A stretch of DNA of 64,000 bases from Nitrososphaeraceae archaeon. Its GTDB lineage: Archaea > Thermoproteota > Nitrososphaeria > Nitrososphaerales > Nitrososphaeraceae. Position numbers and translations under genes: made by a program. A model generated the notes under the pieces. It was not told the DNA's origin, made no database searches, and saw only the letters and a program-made list of their open reading frames with translations. Location: NCBI GenBank assembly GCA_044870765.1, contig JBIOZG010000028.1, positions 1 through 64,000 on the forward strand, read 5' to 3'. Of this stretch, positions 30,737 to 40,626 are shown piece by piece; position 1 is the first letter of the stretch, and each line of letters begins with the position of its first letter.

Positions 30737-33601
30737 TTGGAACGATTTATTGCAATAATTGAGACATTGTTGATACCGGTATTGCTATTTGGTCCAGGAG
30801 GAATTACCGGTCTGTCGTCTAATAAAGTTGAGGGTACATTAAACTCTGGTGAAAATCAATGTGTAGAGTATGATTCTTTGCAAAAATTGATCCAAGTTAG
30901 ATGTGAATCTATACATCTAACGGATATCTACAATAGTTTAAGAAATCCGACCGTACTTGGGATAGAGAGAGGGAGTGATGCGAACCAACCAAAGGTTTGG
31001 ATTTTAAACGCCGGAATTGTAGTGGACATAGAAGGCAGTCTTATTATTGATTCAAGTGATACATCCTGGCTAAAAATAATTCCCACACCTACAGTACAAT
31101 TAAAGCAAAAGTCCGCAAATGCCACCGAAGATACGAATTATTCTGATGATACCCTTACTGTAATTCAGAACAACAGCAGGGCAAATTCCAGCAACACTAA
31201 TAACATAACTAAAATTGAAAACGGTACTTTAATTGTTAGCAAACATAACGGAGATAATCCGAACGGTATACATGTTCACGGTTCTCTAAAAATTGACTCA
31301 GTAAAGATAACTTCTTGGGATCCAGAAAAAAATGATGTTATTAGTTTTGATTATGGAAAAAGAGCCGGTGAAGAACACACAAAGTCGGATTATGATACAG
31401 CAGAACCCAGAGCATTCATAAGAGTATCAAAGGATGCAGCGGGGACAACTAATATTACTAATTCAGAGATTGCTTACCTCGGGTATTCATGTAGTAGATG
31501 TGCAGGACTTTCTTATTATGGTGGTGAAGGGTCTATAATAAGGAATAATGATATACACCATCTCCTAAAAGGATTTTATTCCAAAAATGCTGCGTACATT
31601 ACTATTGATAACAATACTTTTCATGATAACTATCTATATGGTATAGATCCTCATACTGGTTCTCATGATTTTTCCATAAGCAATAATTTTGTTTATGATA
31701 ACAACGCATCGGGTATAATCTGTTCTAAAGATTGCTATAATCTGATAATAGATGGAAATGAAGTATATAATAATTCAGGGGCTGCCAGAGGCATTGCCTT
31801 TAGTATCAATACCACGAATTCAGTAGCGAAGAATAATTATGTTCATGATCAACCAAGATGTATTTCATTCAATAGAGGATCAAACCACAATACCATATTC
31901 AATAATACTGTTTCTAATTGCAAGACCGGTGTTTTTCTTTCGACTACGGGCAATAATTCAATTTACGATAATAAAATTTCCAACACCAAGAACGGGATAC
32001 GCCTATACAATCCGAGTAACAAGATTTACGATAACGAAATTTCTCAGTCAACTAATGGCATAGATTTTGATCCAATGAAGTATACCAACAAGACAAGTGA
32101 TGCTGCATCACTTACTAATCCTAATTCTACTTTTACTAATCATGAACGTTATCTTAGAAAGATTGTGGAAGATAATGAACTTATTGATATTGAAAATCTC
32201 TACCAATTGAAGAAGCAGAAGCAGGCTGGCACGAGTTCATGTATCAAATATATGCCAGAAACCAAATTAATACAAGTTTTTTGTAATTCTGCTCATATTT
32301 CTGATATTGCTCGAGAACTTAATGACACAAGTATACTAGGTAGAGAAACATCCGGTTTTATTAAAAAAGACTCTACTAATCATGGCGTAGACGATAACAT
32401 GGACGCTAACAAAATATGGGTACTTAATGCAGGAATTGAAATTAAGAAGGGAGCAACACTCCTTATAGATTCATCCGATACTAGTTGGTTAAAAATAGTA
32501 CCAATACCAGAACACCAATTAGAATCGAAATCAACATCGGATTCTACAGCAAGTGGTACGTCAATTAATGCAAGTAATATTGATTCTGATGAGGAACAAG
32601 ATGAGATTTCGACTAATAACGCTGTACTTAATAAAACGAATAGTATCGGTGCAATTACAGTAAGCAAAAGCAATCAGAATAACCCAAATGGAATTCATGT
32701 AATTGGATCTTTAAGGATCGATTCTGTAAAGATAACTTCTTGGGATCCTGAAAAGAATGATGTGATCAAGTTCAAATTAGGTAAAAGGGCAGGAGAAGAG
32801 GATACAACAACACTATATGATACCGCAGAAGCAAGACCTTTTATAAGAGTCTCCAACAAAGGAGATGGAACAACTAATATAACGAATTCTGAATTAGCAT
32901 ATCTTGGTTATGCCTGTAACAGTTGTTCGGGATTAAGTTATTATGGTGAGGAAGGTTCTGTCATAAAAGATAATGATATTCACCATCTCCTAAAAGGTTA
33001 TTATTCCAATGGGGTGGGGTATATGGTAATTGAAGGCAATAAATTCCATGACAATTATTTGTATGGGATTGGTCCACATACAAATAGCCATGACCTCCTC
33101 ATTAAAGGGAATGTAGTATATAATAATAATGCCTCTGGCATTATATGTTCTAGACACTGTTATAACCTCTTAGTAGAAGGAAACGAAGTTTATAGTAATT
33201 CAGGTTCAGGACGCGGCATAGCATTTAGCATTAATACTACAAATTCTACTGCAAGAAATAATCACGTCTACGATAATGTTCGATGTGTTTCATTTAATAA
33301 TGAATCTAACTTTAATAAAGTCTACAACAATACTATTTCAAATTGCAAGACAGGTGTATATCTTTCAGACACTTCTAACAATCAGATATATGACAATAAT
33401 ATCATTAATACCACTAATGGTATCATTACCAAGAATCTTTCCAACCAAATCCACGATAACGAGATATCTAATTCAAAGAATGGTATAGTTCATGAATCTC
33501 CTGCCAATGCATCTAATAATGAGATCACCCATGATGGAACTACCAACAAAAATTCTCTTAATTATATTGTTAAAAATAATAATATAATTGGATACAAGTA
33601 A
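30737..33601 (+). CDS. Secreted right-handed beta-helix (NosD/AlgG-like) protein made of two homologous modules
   Basis: Duplicated KITSWDPEKND...NSE[IL]AYLGY.C..C.GLSYYG modules; YGIDPHT and YGIGPHT motifs; PbH1 repeats. Confidence 0.85.
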   Translation: MERFIAIIETLLIPVLLFGPGGITGLSSNKVEGTLNSGENQCVEYDSLQKLIQVRCESIHLTDIYNSLRNPTVLGIERGSDANQPKVWILNAGIVVDIEGSLIIDSSDTSWLKIIPTPTVQLKQKSANATEDTNYSDDTLTVIQNNSRANSSNTNNITKIENGTLIVSKHNGDNPNGIHVHGSLKIDSVKITSWDPEKNDVISFDYGKRAGEEHTKSDYDTAEPRAFIRVSKDAAGTTNITNSEIAYLGYSCSRCAGLSYYGGEGSIIRNNDIHHLLKGFYSKNAAYITIDNNTFHDNYLYGIDPHTGSHDFSISNNFVYDNNASGIICSKDCYNLIIDGNEVYNNSGAARGIAFSINTTNSVAKNNYVHDQPRCISFNRGSNHNTIFNNTVSNCKTGVFLSTTGNNSIYDNKISNTKNGIRLYNPSNKIYDNEISQSTNGIDFDPMKYTNKTSDAASLTNPNSTFTNHERYLRKIVEDNELIDIENLYQLKKQKQAGTSSCIKYMPETKLIQVFCNSAHISDIARELNDTSILGRETSGFIKKDSTNHGVDDNMDANKIWVLNAGIEIKKGATLLIDSSDTSWLKIVPIPEHQLESKSTSDSTASGTSINASNIDSDEEQDEISTNNAVLNKTNSIGAITVSKSNQNNPNGIHVIGSLRIDSVKITSWDPEKNDVIKFKLGKRAGEEDTTTLYDTAEARPFIRVSNKGDGTTNITNSELAYLGYACNSCSGLSYYGEEGSVIKDNDIHHLLKGYYSNGVGYMVIEGNKFHDNYLYGIGPHTNSHDLLIKGNVVYNNNASGIICSRHCYNLLVEGNEVYSNSGSGRGIAFSINTTNSTARNNHVYDNVRCVSFNNESNFNKVYNNTISNCKTGVYLSDTSNNQIYDNNIINTTNGIITKNLSNQIHDNEISNSKNGIVHESPANASNNEITHDGTTNKNSLNYIVKNNNIIGYK

Positions 33602-33778
33602 TCCCATGGTTACAGAAAATAAAAATAAAAACAGCTAGCGATTCGGTTATATGTTTTCACTGTTATGGTTGGAACAAGCAATCGCATCAAACAAATTGTA
33701 TGATCTGTCCAACAAAGGCCGTGACCTTAGTTATGCAGATATGTTCAGGATTAGACGATAGAGTCATACTTCTGATAT

Positions 33779-33956
33779 GCATTGGACAGGAAGAATAGAA
33801 AGATCTTTTGATGAAATGTTTTCTTATTCGCGATTGCATAACACTGCTGGAGTAATGGCTTGCAAGCCTGTCTTATGCATCCGAATTCTTATGTCTATCT
33901 TGTTTGAACATTACAAGCAATTGAAAAAAATGAAAAAAATAGGTTTCTTGAGTTAG
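33779..33956 (+). pseudogene. C-terminal half of an MGRTIPS-family small protein
   Basis: ALDRKNRK, then a frameshift, then FDEMFSYSRLHNTAGVMACKPV...ILMSILFEHYKQLKK. Confidence 0.6.
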
Positions 33957-33967
33957 ATGAAACTTAA

Positions 33968-34570
33968 CTACTCATCCTCAACGTCAGCAGTGGCATCCTC
34001 AACGTCAGCAGTGGCATTTTCATTCATAGATCCTGTTTCTGTCGCGTTACCACCGCTTACTTTAATTTGTCCTCTTATCTCTCCGTCGGGATTATCGCTA
34101 GTCTGTATATTGACGTATGTCTCCTCATTACCCATTGCTGTTTGGAAGTCTTGGAGTGTCTTTCCAGACATAGGACCTTGAAGATCCGAAGCAGTAATTT
34201 CCCCCTTAACAATGATTCTCTCGCCTGCATTGTTCTGCTTGCCAGCCTTTAATAGATCCACTACAGGTTCTCCATTTTGTCCCTTAGCCCCGGCATAAAT
34301 CTGGGCAGCAGTTATGTCTTTTAATCCTGTTACGTTAACGTTAATTGTAATGACGCCATCCTTGACTTTGAATTTGGCTTTGCCTGTTGCAGATGAATTT
34401 ACTGGAGGAACCTCACTTTCTCCTTTTAGTTTTGCTTTGAATTTCTCATTCTGCGCAAAGGTAAAATTAGAGTTTACCGCGGCTACAAACATCAGTGAAA
34501 ATAACGTTGCACTTACTAAGATTAGGCTCAAATTTTTCTGATTTAACATAGAAAATATTGCCGGTAGCAC
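33968..34570 (-). CDS. Secreted CHRD-domain protein (21-bp tandem duplication at the C-terminus)
   Basis: AKLKGESEVPPV...YVNIQTSDNPDGEIRGQI; close paralogue of 29636; ATADVED twice. Confidence 0.88.
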   Translation of the reverse strand: MLPAIFSMLNQKNLSLILVSATLFSLMFVAAVNSNFTFAQNEKFKAKLKGESEVPPVNSSATGKAKFKVKDGVITINVNVTGLKDITAAQIYAGAKGQNGEPVVDLLKAGKQNNAGERIIVKGEITASDLQGPMSGKTLQDFQTAMGNEETYVNIQTSDNPDGEIRGQIKVSGGNATETGSMNENATADVEDATADVEDE

Positions 34571-34741
34571 TACTTATAAAGTTTAATATTTTAACATTAA
34601 TACCTACGTCTTCGTGTTATACTGTCACTTATCCTTCTTTTATCTGTGCTTACTGTATTCTCCTGTTCCGTCATGGGCCTCATTTCGTCCTCATCAATAT
34701 CCACAATGCCAACCACACATTATTTTCAAAAAACTTAGGTG

Positions 34742-34828
34742 CTAAAGCGTCAATTTTTGCCCAAATAAATTCCATTTACTTCTTTCAATTTCTGTGGCAA
34801 TTCTATACGAAGGAATTGTTCGACCCAT
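34742..34828 (-). pseudogene. N-terminal half of an MGRTIPS-family small protein
   Basis: Manual translation MGRTIPSYRIATEIERSKWNLFGQKLTL*. Confidence 0.65.
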
Positions 34829-34934
34829 AATTCATTATGAGCAACTATTGAATTTAAAACCTAAAACACCGATAAGTGGTAGATGGCAGTATATGATTCC
34901 GGTAATTAGGAGGCAGGTATTTTTCCAGTTCGTA

Positions 34935-35006
34935 TCTATGTAATTGATTACTTACTTCTTGGACTAAATTGTCAAGACTAATTGGTTTCTGAGCAAATCC
35001 GTTTAT
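34935..35006 (-). pseudogene. Response-regulator receiver domain C-terminal remnant
   Basis: INGFAQKPISLDNLVQEVSNQL matches the F.xKP motif and last helix of REC domains. Confidence 0.45.
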
Positions 35007-35300
35007 GATTTCTTTTTACTATACTCTTGAAATAGTTTATCCTTTTGAAGATTGCGATCCTTCGGCCCACAATTTAAAGAAGTTATTTGAAATTCCTTGT
35101 GCTGTTACTAATACAAGAGACAAACTTAAGACTAAAAAACATGCAGTCCAAGTTGTATTCAATTTCATTAAATCCACTGATTGAGATATGCCAGTATAAT
35201 ATAAATAGAACTGACTCTCGCTTCCAATACCACTAACAATTTATCCCAACTTTCATAATCATGTTTAATAAGTATTGAATTCAAAAATGATTGGAAAACT

Positions 35301-35879
35301 GTGGTAATATCAAGTAAAGGAAGTTCTGATTTGTTTTACCAAATTGGATTCGTAATCATTGTATGCAGTCTATTTTTTCTATCTAGACCAGCTTTAGTTT
35401 CCCGAGCAGTTGATATTAATGGCGCCTCAGGCCCGGACAATATAAGGGGAACAATAACCGATGATGATATTCGCGGCCGCAACGGACAAGATACTATTGA
35501 CGGATTGGATGGGAACGATGAAATTGAAGGTCAGCAAGGCGACGATCTTTTGAATGGTTCTGCGGGTAATGACTATTTAACGGGTGGTGACGACTTTGAT
35601 ACTTTAGATGGAGGACAGGGAAATGATGAATTGCATGGGGATGATGGACGGGATAAAATTTTTGGAGGAACAGAAAATGATGTATTGTATGGTGGATTGG
35701 CCAACGACATTTTAGATGGAGGACAAGGTGACGATCGCCTGTATGGCGGACCTGGTAATGATACACTCAGAGGCGGACCTGGAGCAGATTACTTTAGATG
35801 TGGGCCGGGAACCGACAGAATTGGAACCTTCAGTCCGCTTGACGGCGATCGTGACTTTGGTGACTGTGAAATAAAATAA
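35301..35879 (+). CDS. Secreted hemolysin-type (RTX) calcium-binding repeat protein
   Basis: About 12 GGxGxDxL nonapeptide repeats after a signal helix. Confidence 0.9.
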   Translation: MVISSKGSSDLFYQIGFVIIVCSLFFLSRPALVSRAVDINGASGPDNIRGTITDDDIRGRNGQDTIDGLDGNDEIEGQQGDDLLNGSAGNDYLTGGDDFDTLDGGQGNDELHGDDGRDKIFGGTENDVLYGGLANDILDGGQGDDRLYGGPGNDTLRGGPGADYFRCGPGTDRIGTFSPLDGDRDFGDCEIK

Positions 35880-36068
35880 TACAAATTTCCACCACTACTT
35901 GACAACACCTATACAAAGGAAATTGGACTTTCGGAACATCCTCATACCATGGAAAATGGAAAAAATAGGTTTTTAGGTTATATGAGACGTTTGACGGTTT
36001 TAACAATCTAGCCATGTTACTGAACTAGATAAAAAATTAAATTGGATAATATTTGAAGGAGACTAATA

Positions 36069-36662
36069 ATGAATATAATTTTAATTTTCATTTCTGTGAT
36101 TTGTATCTTGTGCATGTTGTTTGGCACGATCTATTCTAACGCAACAGTAAATGCAGTACCAGTAGACAGGTACTGGAGCATTCTTGAATCGCATGAACAA
36201 ACGCCATCTACAAATGATCCTCATGGGTTTGTTGGCGTGAAATTCAGAGAGGACTTTAAGCAACTCGTGTACAACATTAATGTGAATAATATTCACAACA
36301 TAACCGGCATATATCTATACAATAGTGGTGACATCGCCAAAAATAAAAATCCAACTATGCTTTTGGATTTATTACAAGAATCAAAGGAAGTCAAAGTTAA
36401 AGACAGGTTTAAAGAGGCAAATATTCTGCTATCAAAAAAACATGAAGTTGAAGGTACAGTTGCTGTGGGCGGTGTAACTTCTGACGATCTCCAAGGAGAA
36501 TTGAAAGGTAAATCTTTAAAGACCCTTCACAAATTGGTCCAGAATGAAGATGTTTATGTTGTCGTCGCCACAAAGGAGTTTCCGCAAGGTGAAATCTTCG
36601 GACGCGAATTTGTGCCCATTGATAGGTTCTTTCCTGATACTTCGGATTTCAAGTGGAATTAA
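36069..36662 (+). CDS. Secreted CHRD-like domain protein
   Basis: YNINVNNIHNITGIYLY...YVVVATKEFPQGEIFG. Confidence 0.75.
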   Translation: MNIILIFISVICILCMLFGTIYSNATVNAVPVDRYWSILESHEQTPSTNDPHGFVGVKFREDFKQLVYNINVNNIHNITGIYLYNSGDIAKNKNPTMLLDLLQESKEVKVKDRFKEANILLSKKHEVEGTVAVGGVTSDDLQGELKGKSLKTLHKLVQNEDVYVVVATKEFPQGEIFGREFVPIDRFFPDTSDFKWN

Positions 36663-36780
36663 TTAAAACTGGTGCGAAATTGAATGTCCATTAACGTTTG
36701 TAGGTTATTCTTGTATTAAATTTTTTTAGAATCGTTAGCAGATTTCTATAACTTTCTTCGCAACTACTTATGTAAAACAA

Positions 36781-36892
36781 CCCACCAGTTGTACCAGTCT
36801 ACACATGCAACTGGTCGATGGGCTTGGTTGTTTCTTGTTCATCACTCAACCGGTTTTTCATCAGTTGCTTTATTCCCTTTTTTAAATCTTGT
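36781..36892 (+). repeat. Hairpin repeat family, copy F (plus an extra CCCACCAGTTG arm)
   Basis: CCCACCAGTTG at 36781-91; GCAACTGG at 36807-14 and TCAGTTGC at 36861-68; homologous to copy B. Confidence 0.75.
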
Positions 36893-37078
36893 GTTACTTT
36901 TGCATTGCTATAAACTGATTTGATAAAAAAGTGGTAAGATTTTTTTTAACAAACAAGAAACAATTCTAGATTAAATTTAAAAATTTAATTGCGATATGAG
37001 TCTAGATGTTTTTACCTCTGCAGGTGGAACTTACATTAAGTGAAGTTTACTAATAATTAATAAAGACTCAAAAATAAT

Positions 37079-38350
37079 TCATTTTACTTTTATTTCTTTC
37101 ATACCACCCATGTATTTTCGCAGTACATTTGGAACTATTAAATTCTGATTAGTTGTTTGATAATTCTCAAGAATTGCTACCATTGTTCGCTCAGTGGCGA
37201 CAAGGGTACTGTTTAGTGTATGCACAAGCTGTGTCTCTTCGTTGACTTTTCCTCTATGGCGTATCCTTAATCTTCTCGCTTGGAAATCGATACAATTAGA
37301 ACAAGAAGCAATTTCTCTATACTTGTCTTGCCCGGGCATCCATGCCTCGATATCATAAGTTTTTGAGGATACTTTCCCTGTATCTGCGCTATTTAACAAT
37401 ACAATCCTGAACGGTATATCCAAATTTTGGTAAAACCTTTCTGTTATACTCAACATTCTTTCGTGTTCAGCGGAAGAGTTTGGAGAGTCTGTTACCACAA
37501 ATTGTTCTACCTTTTCAAATTGATGGACTCTAAAAATCCCCTTCATGTCTTTTCCATGAGCTCCTGCTTCCTTTCTGAAACATGGACTGATACTGCCGTA
37601 TCTAAGAGGAAGATTTTTTGAATCCAATATCTCATCCATATGCATTGAAGCCATTGCGTGTTCTGATGTCCCAATCATGTACAGGTCTTCATTTTCAATT
37701 TTGTAGATTACGTCTTCAAAATCATCCATGATGATGGAGCCTTTAATTGCATCGTTCTTCAGCATATACGGAGGCTGAATCAATTGATACCCGTTTTCAA
37801 CAAGAAAGTCCAGAGCATAGTTTGTCAAAGCTTGATTCATCAGAACAAGCTCATTTTTCAGGAAATAAAATCTGGCTCCAGATATCTTCGCAGCTCTTTC
37901 CAAGTCAATCAATCCTAGGGAATTTGCCAAATCAACGTGGTCGCTTTTAACTTTGGGTTTTATGAAATCGTTATATGTTCTGATAACGATATTTTCTTTC
38001 TCACTATCACCAATTGGCACTGACTCCTGTAATAAATTGGGAATAGAATAAATTAAATCTGAATATCTCTTTTCTACGGCATCCCTCTTGTTTTCCAAAC
38101 TGGCCATTTGCTCGCCAACTTCTTTCATTTCATCAAGCTCTCTATCAACACTTTCTTGATTCTTCTTCTTATTCGCGATACTTTGTGATAGTGTGTTTTT
38201 CTGGTGTCTGAAATTCTGAGTTTCTATAATTAGTTCACGCCTTTTTCTATCCAGGTCCAGTAATTCAGAAAAAGGGAAGTCAACTTTTCTATTCCTTAGC
38301 ATGTCTTGTAAGAGATTAGGATTATCCTTCAGAATTTTGGGATCAATCAT
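37079..38350 (-). CDS. serS: Serine--tRNA ligase
   Basis: GTSEH, CFRKEAG, FRVHQFEKVEQF, EIASCSNC, HTLNST. Confidence 0.97.
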   Translation of the reverse strand: MIDPKILKDNPNLLQDMLRNRKVDFPFSELLDLDRKRRELIIETQNFRHQKNTLSQSIANKKKNQESVDRELDEMKEVGEQMASLENKRDAVEKRYSDLIYSIPNLLQESVPIGDSEKENIVIRTYNDFIKPKVKSDHVDLANSLGLIDLERAAKISGARFYFLKNELVLMNQALTNYALDFLVENGYQLIQPPYMLKNDAIKGSIIMDDFEDVIYKIENEDLYMIGTSEHAMASMHMDEILDSKNLPLRYGSISPCFRKEAGAHGKDMKGIFRVHQFEKVEQFVVTDSPNSSAEHERMLSITERFYQNLDIPFRIVLLNSADTGKVSSKTYDIEAWMPGQDKYREIASCSNCIDFQARRLRIRHRGKVNEETQLVHTLNSTLVATERTMVAILENYQTTNQNLIVPNVLRKYMGGMKEIKVK

Positions 38351-38597
38351 TGGCTGTCAATGTCCTTGATAGTGATATGTGCTCTAGGATCTCATCTATA
38401 GTATTAAGGAACGTTCCTGAACCATTTTTGCAAAAAACATCAATGAGAAGATAGTTATTTTTTGATTTAATATCAATTTTTAATCCTTCAGGGATGCGAA
38501 CATTATCTGGGGTGAGCACATTGATCATAGTATCAAGTTCCTTCTTACTATCAAAGAGTATTTTCATACTCGACTTGATATTAAATCCTTCTCTCAT
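38343..38597 (-). CDS. pcc1: KEOPS complex subunit Pcc1
   Basis: LTPDN motif, size, and position in the rps15-DHH-pcc1 operon. Confidence 0.75.
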   Translation of the reverse strand: MREGFNIKSSMKILFDSKKELDTMINVLTPDNVRIPEGLKIDIKSKNNYLLIDVFCKNGSGTFLNTIDEILEHISLSRTLTAND

Positions 38598-40015
38598 AGT
38601 GAAATCTTAAATTGCTTCAAAATAATAGACATCAGTGAATCCTCTTGGAGTGGATTTATGATCATCTGTCCATCCTTATTACTAAATGTGATCGTAATTC
38701 CGTCAATTTTATCTGATAACTCCTTGGTCATTTGTTCTACATCAATACTTTCATGCAAAGAACCAAGTAAATATTTGGAATAGTCTTCATCGATTGCCAT
38801 TTTCATTATGATTACTTTGTTGTTATTGATCTGGTAATGTGAAGTCAATAAACGAGAAAGGTAACCTACGTAATCAGGTTCAATGATGCCATCGGCATTA
38901 ATAATTACATGCGAACCTTTATCAGAAAATCTCCATTTTTCTTTTAGGATTTTTGATACAAGTTTATGGGAACCATTCTTAAATTCCTGCTCATCAGTCG
39001 CCGCCTCTTGAAGAGCACCTGATCGTTCACCAAGGCAAATACTCATACCCAATCCTGTTTTTTTACTAAGGGCACAGGAACTCAATAACTCTGAAAATCT
39101 GCGAGCCTCATACACGTGGCTTCCATATTCCTCAGTTGGAAGAAAGTAGTTAAACCCTATTAACATGCTTTCTATTTTTTCAAAATTACCGTTAATTTGA
39201 GAATTAAGGTAGTCCTTAATGGTTTCAATTATCAGAAACTTTTCTTCTTGGGTAGTATCGGCTATTGTTCTCCACCTTCCATTTTTTTTCAAGGGAATAT
39301 TAGTTTTCTTTAGGACTTCAAGACACTTGCTTCCGTTACAGGTTAGTCCACGTAAATAGGGAACAAAAGTGTTAGCAATGGATTCATGAATAGGAAGGGA
39401 TTCATTAAAAGACAACAAAAGATCTATATCTGTTCGAATTACTCCACTTTTTTTCGAAATATCAAGTATCTCATTATTAAGCCCAATAAGCGATCTTTTG
39501 TCACCTAGATCTTGGGAATCTCCCAGCGCTGATACAATTGCAAGAGAAGATAGTTCTGCAAATTTTTTATCCAAATTTTTCGCTACAAGATAAGAGATTC
39601 CACCCGACGAAATTTCTTTCCTTCCATCAATATCATATTTCCAGGGATTTAGTATGGCGCTATTATCATCCGTGGCCATTTCGGCAAAGGAAAGTTTCTT
39701 GTGATCAATTGTGACCCAGTTTTTCGAAAAAAGCTTATTGAAGAGTTCGGTGAAACCAGTACCAATATCGGTAAAAAAATAAAATTCATGGTCCTCATTC
39801 TTCAATTGATCAATACTTTCTTTAGTAAAATTATTCACCAAACGTGCGCTTGCTTTTCCGCCAGATTTCCAAATTGATCTAATCAATACACTGGCCGAAA
39901 TAATTCCATCACATGAAGAACTAGATACTATTAGGATATCCTTTTTTTCGTCAATTAGATTTCTTACTTTTTCACTTGTAGAATTTATATTTTCATTAAA
40001 TTCGTTGTAACCCAT
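38594..40015 (-). CDS. DHH-family RecJ-like phosphoesterase (partly degenerate motifs)
   Basis: CDG, TDIG, IDHK, NPW, GDSQD; downstream of rps15. Confidence 0.85.
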   Translation of the reverse strand: MGYNEFNENINSTSEKVRNLIDEKKDILIVSSSSCDGIISASVLIRSIWKSGGKASARLVNNFTKESIDQLKNEDHEFYFFTDIGTGFTELFNKLFSKNWVTIDHKKLSFAEMATDDNSAILNPWKYDIDGRKEISSGGISYLVAKNLDKKFAELSSLAIVSALGDSQDLGDKRSLIGLNNEILDISKKSGVIRTDIDLLLSFNESLPIHESIANTFVPYLRGLTCNGSKCLEVLKKTNIPLKKNGRWRTIADTTQEEKFLIIETIKDYLNSQINGNFEKIESMLIGFNYFLPTEEYGSHVYEARRFSELLSSCALSKKTGLGMSICLGERSGALQEAATDEQEFKNGSHKLVSKILKEKWRFSDKGSHVIINADGIIEPDYVGYLSRLLTSHYQINNNKVIIMKMAIDEDYSKYLLGSLHESIDVEQMTKELSDKIDGITITFSNKDGQMIINPLQEDSLMSIILKQFKISL

Positions 40016-40023
40016 TTAATTCA

Positions 40024-40470
40024 TTATTCAAGTCTAGCAATAACAGCCGCATATTTCCAATCTTGCGAAATTTTTCCTTTCCTTTTATAGTATCTTGAAA
40101 GTCTATGGATTTTAGCTTCTATCAACTCTAGAGAACGGATATTCCTCTTGTCAGTATTATGCACCTTTAGATGTTTCTGAAGATCTAATGCCTTTTGAAC
40201 AAGTTGGTTAAGATCTTCGGGCATTTCTGGAGTGGAATTATTTTCTTCAAGAAGCTGGTTTATCCCCTTACCTAATATTGGCTTTATTAATGGAACTCCA
40301 TAATGATCCCTCATCTTAATTCCAATCTCACTTGGACTAAGCCCATCCTTTGAAAGTTGAACTATAATCGCAGGTAATTCCGATTTCTGATTAATCCAAG
40401 AAGGAGCATTGAAAGAGATGGGTCGTGTTGAGTGCGATTTTCCATGTGTATGTGCATGAATTCGAGCCAT
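40024..40470 (-). CDS. rps15: 30S ribosomal protein S15 (uS15)
   Basis: MARIHAHTHGKSHSTRP...LIEAKIHRLSRYYK; ATG at 40470. Confidence 0.96.
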   Translation of the reverse strand: MARIHAHTHGKSHSTRPISFNAPSWINQKSELPAIIVQLSKDGLSPSEIGIKMRDHYGVPLIKPILGKGINQLLEENNSTPEMPEDLNQLVQKALDLQKHLKVHNTDKRNIRSLELIEAKIHRLSRYYKRKGKISQDWKYAAVIARLE

Positions 40471-40626
40471 TAAAGTACGAATCAATAATGAGCATCTTAA
40501 ATGTTACTTATAAGACGAGTGACTAGAAATTCCTAAATTCCCCATACAAGGATATCGAAATTTTCAGTTAAAATTTTTTTAACACCAATAAAGTTATATA
40601 ATTGGATTTAAAATTACAAATTTAGT

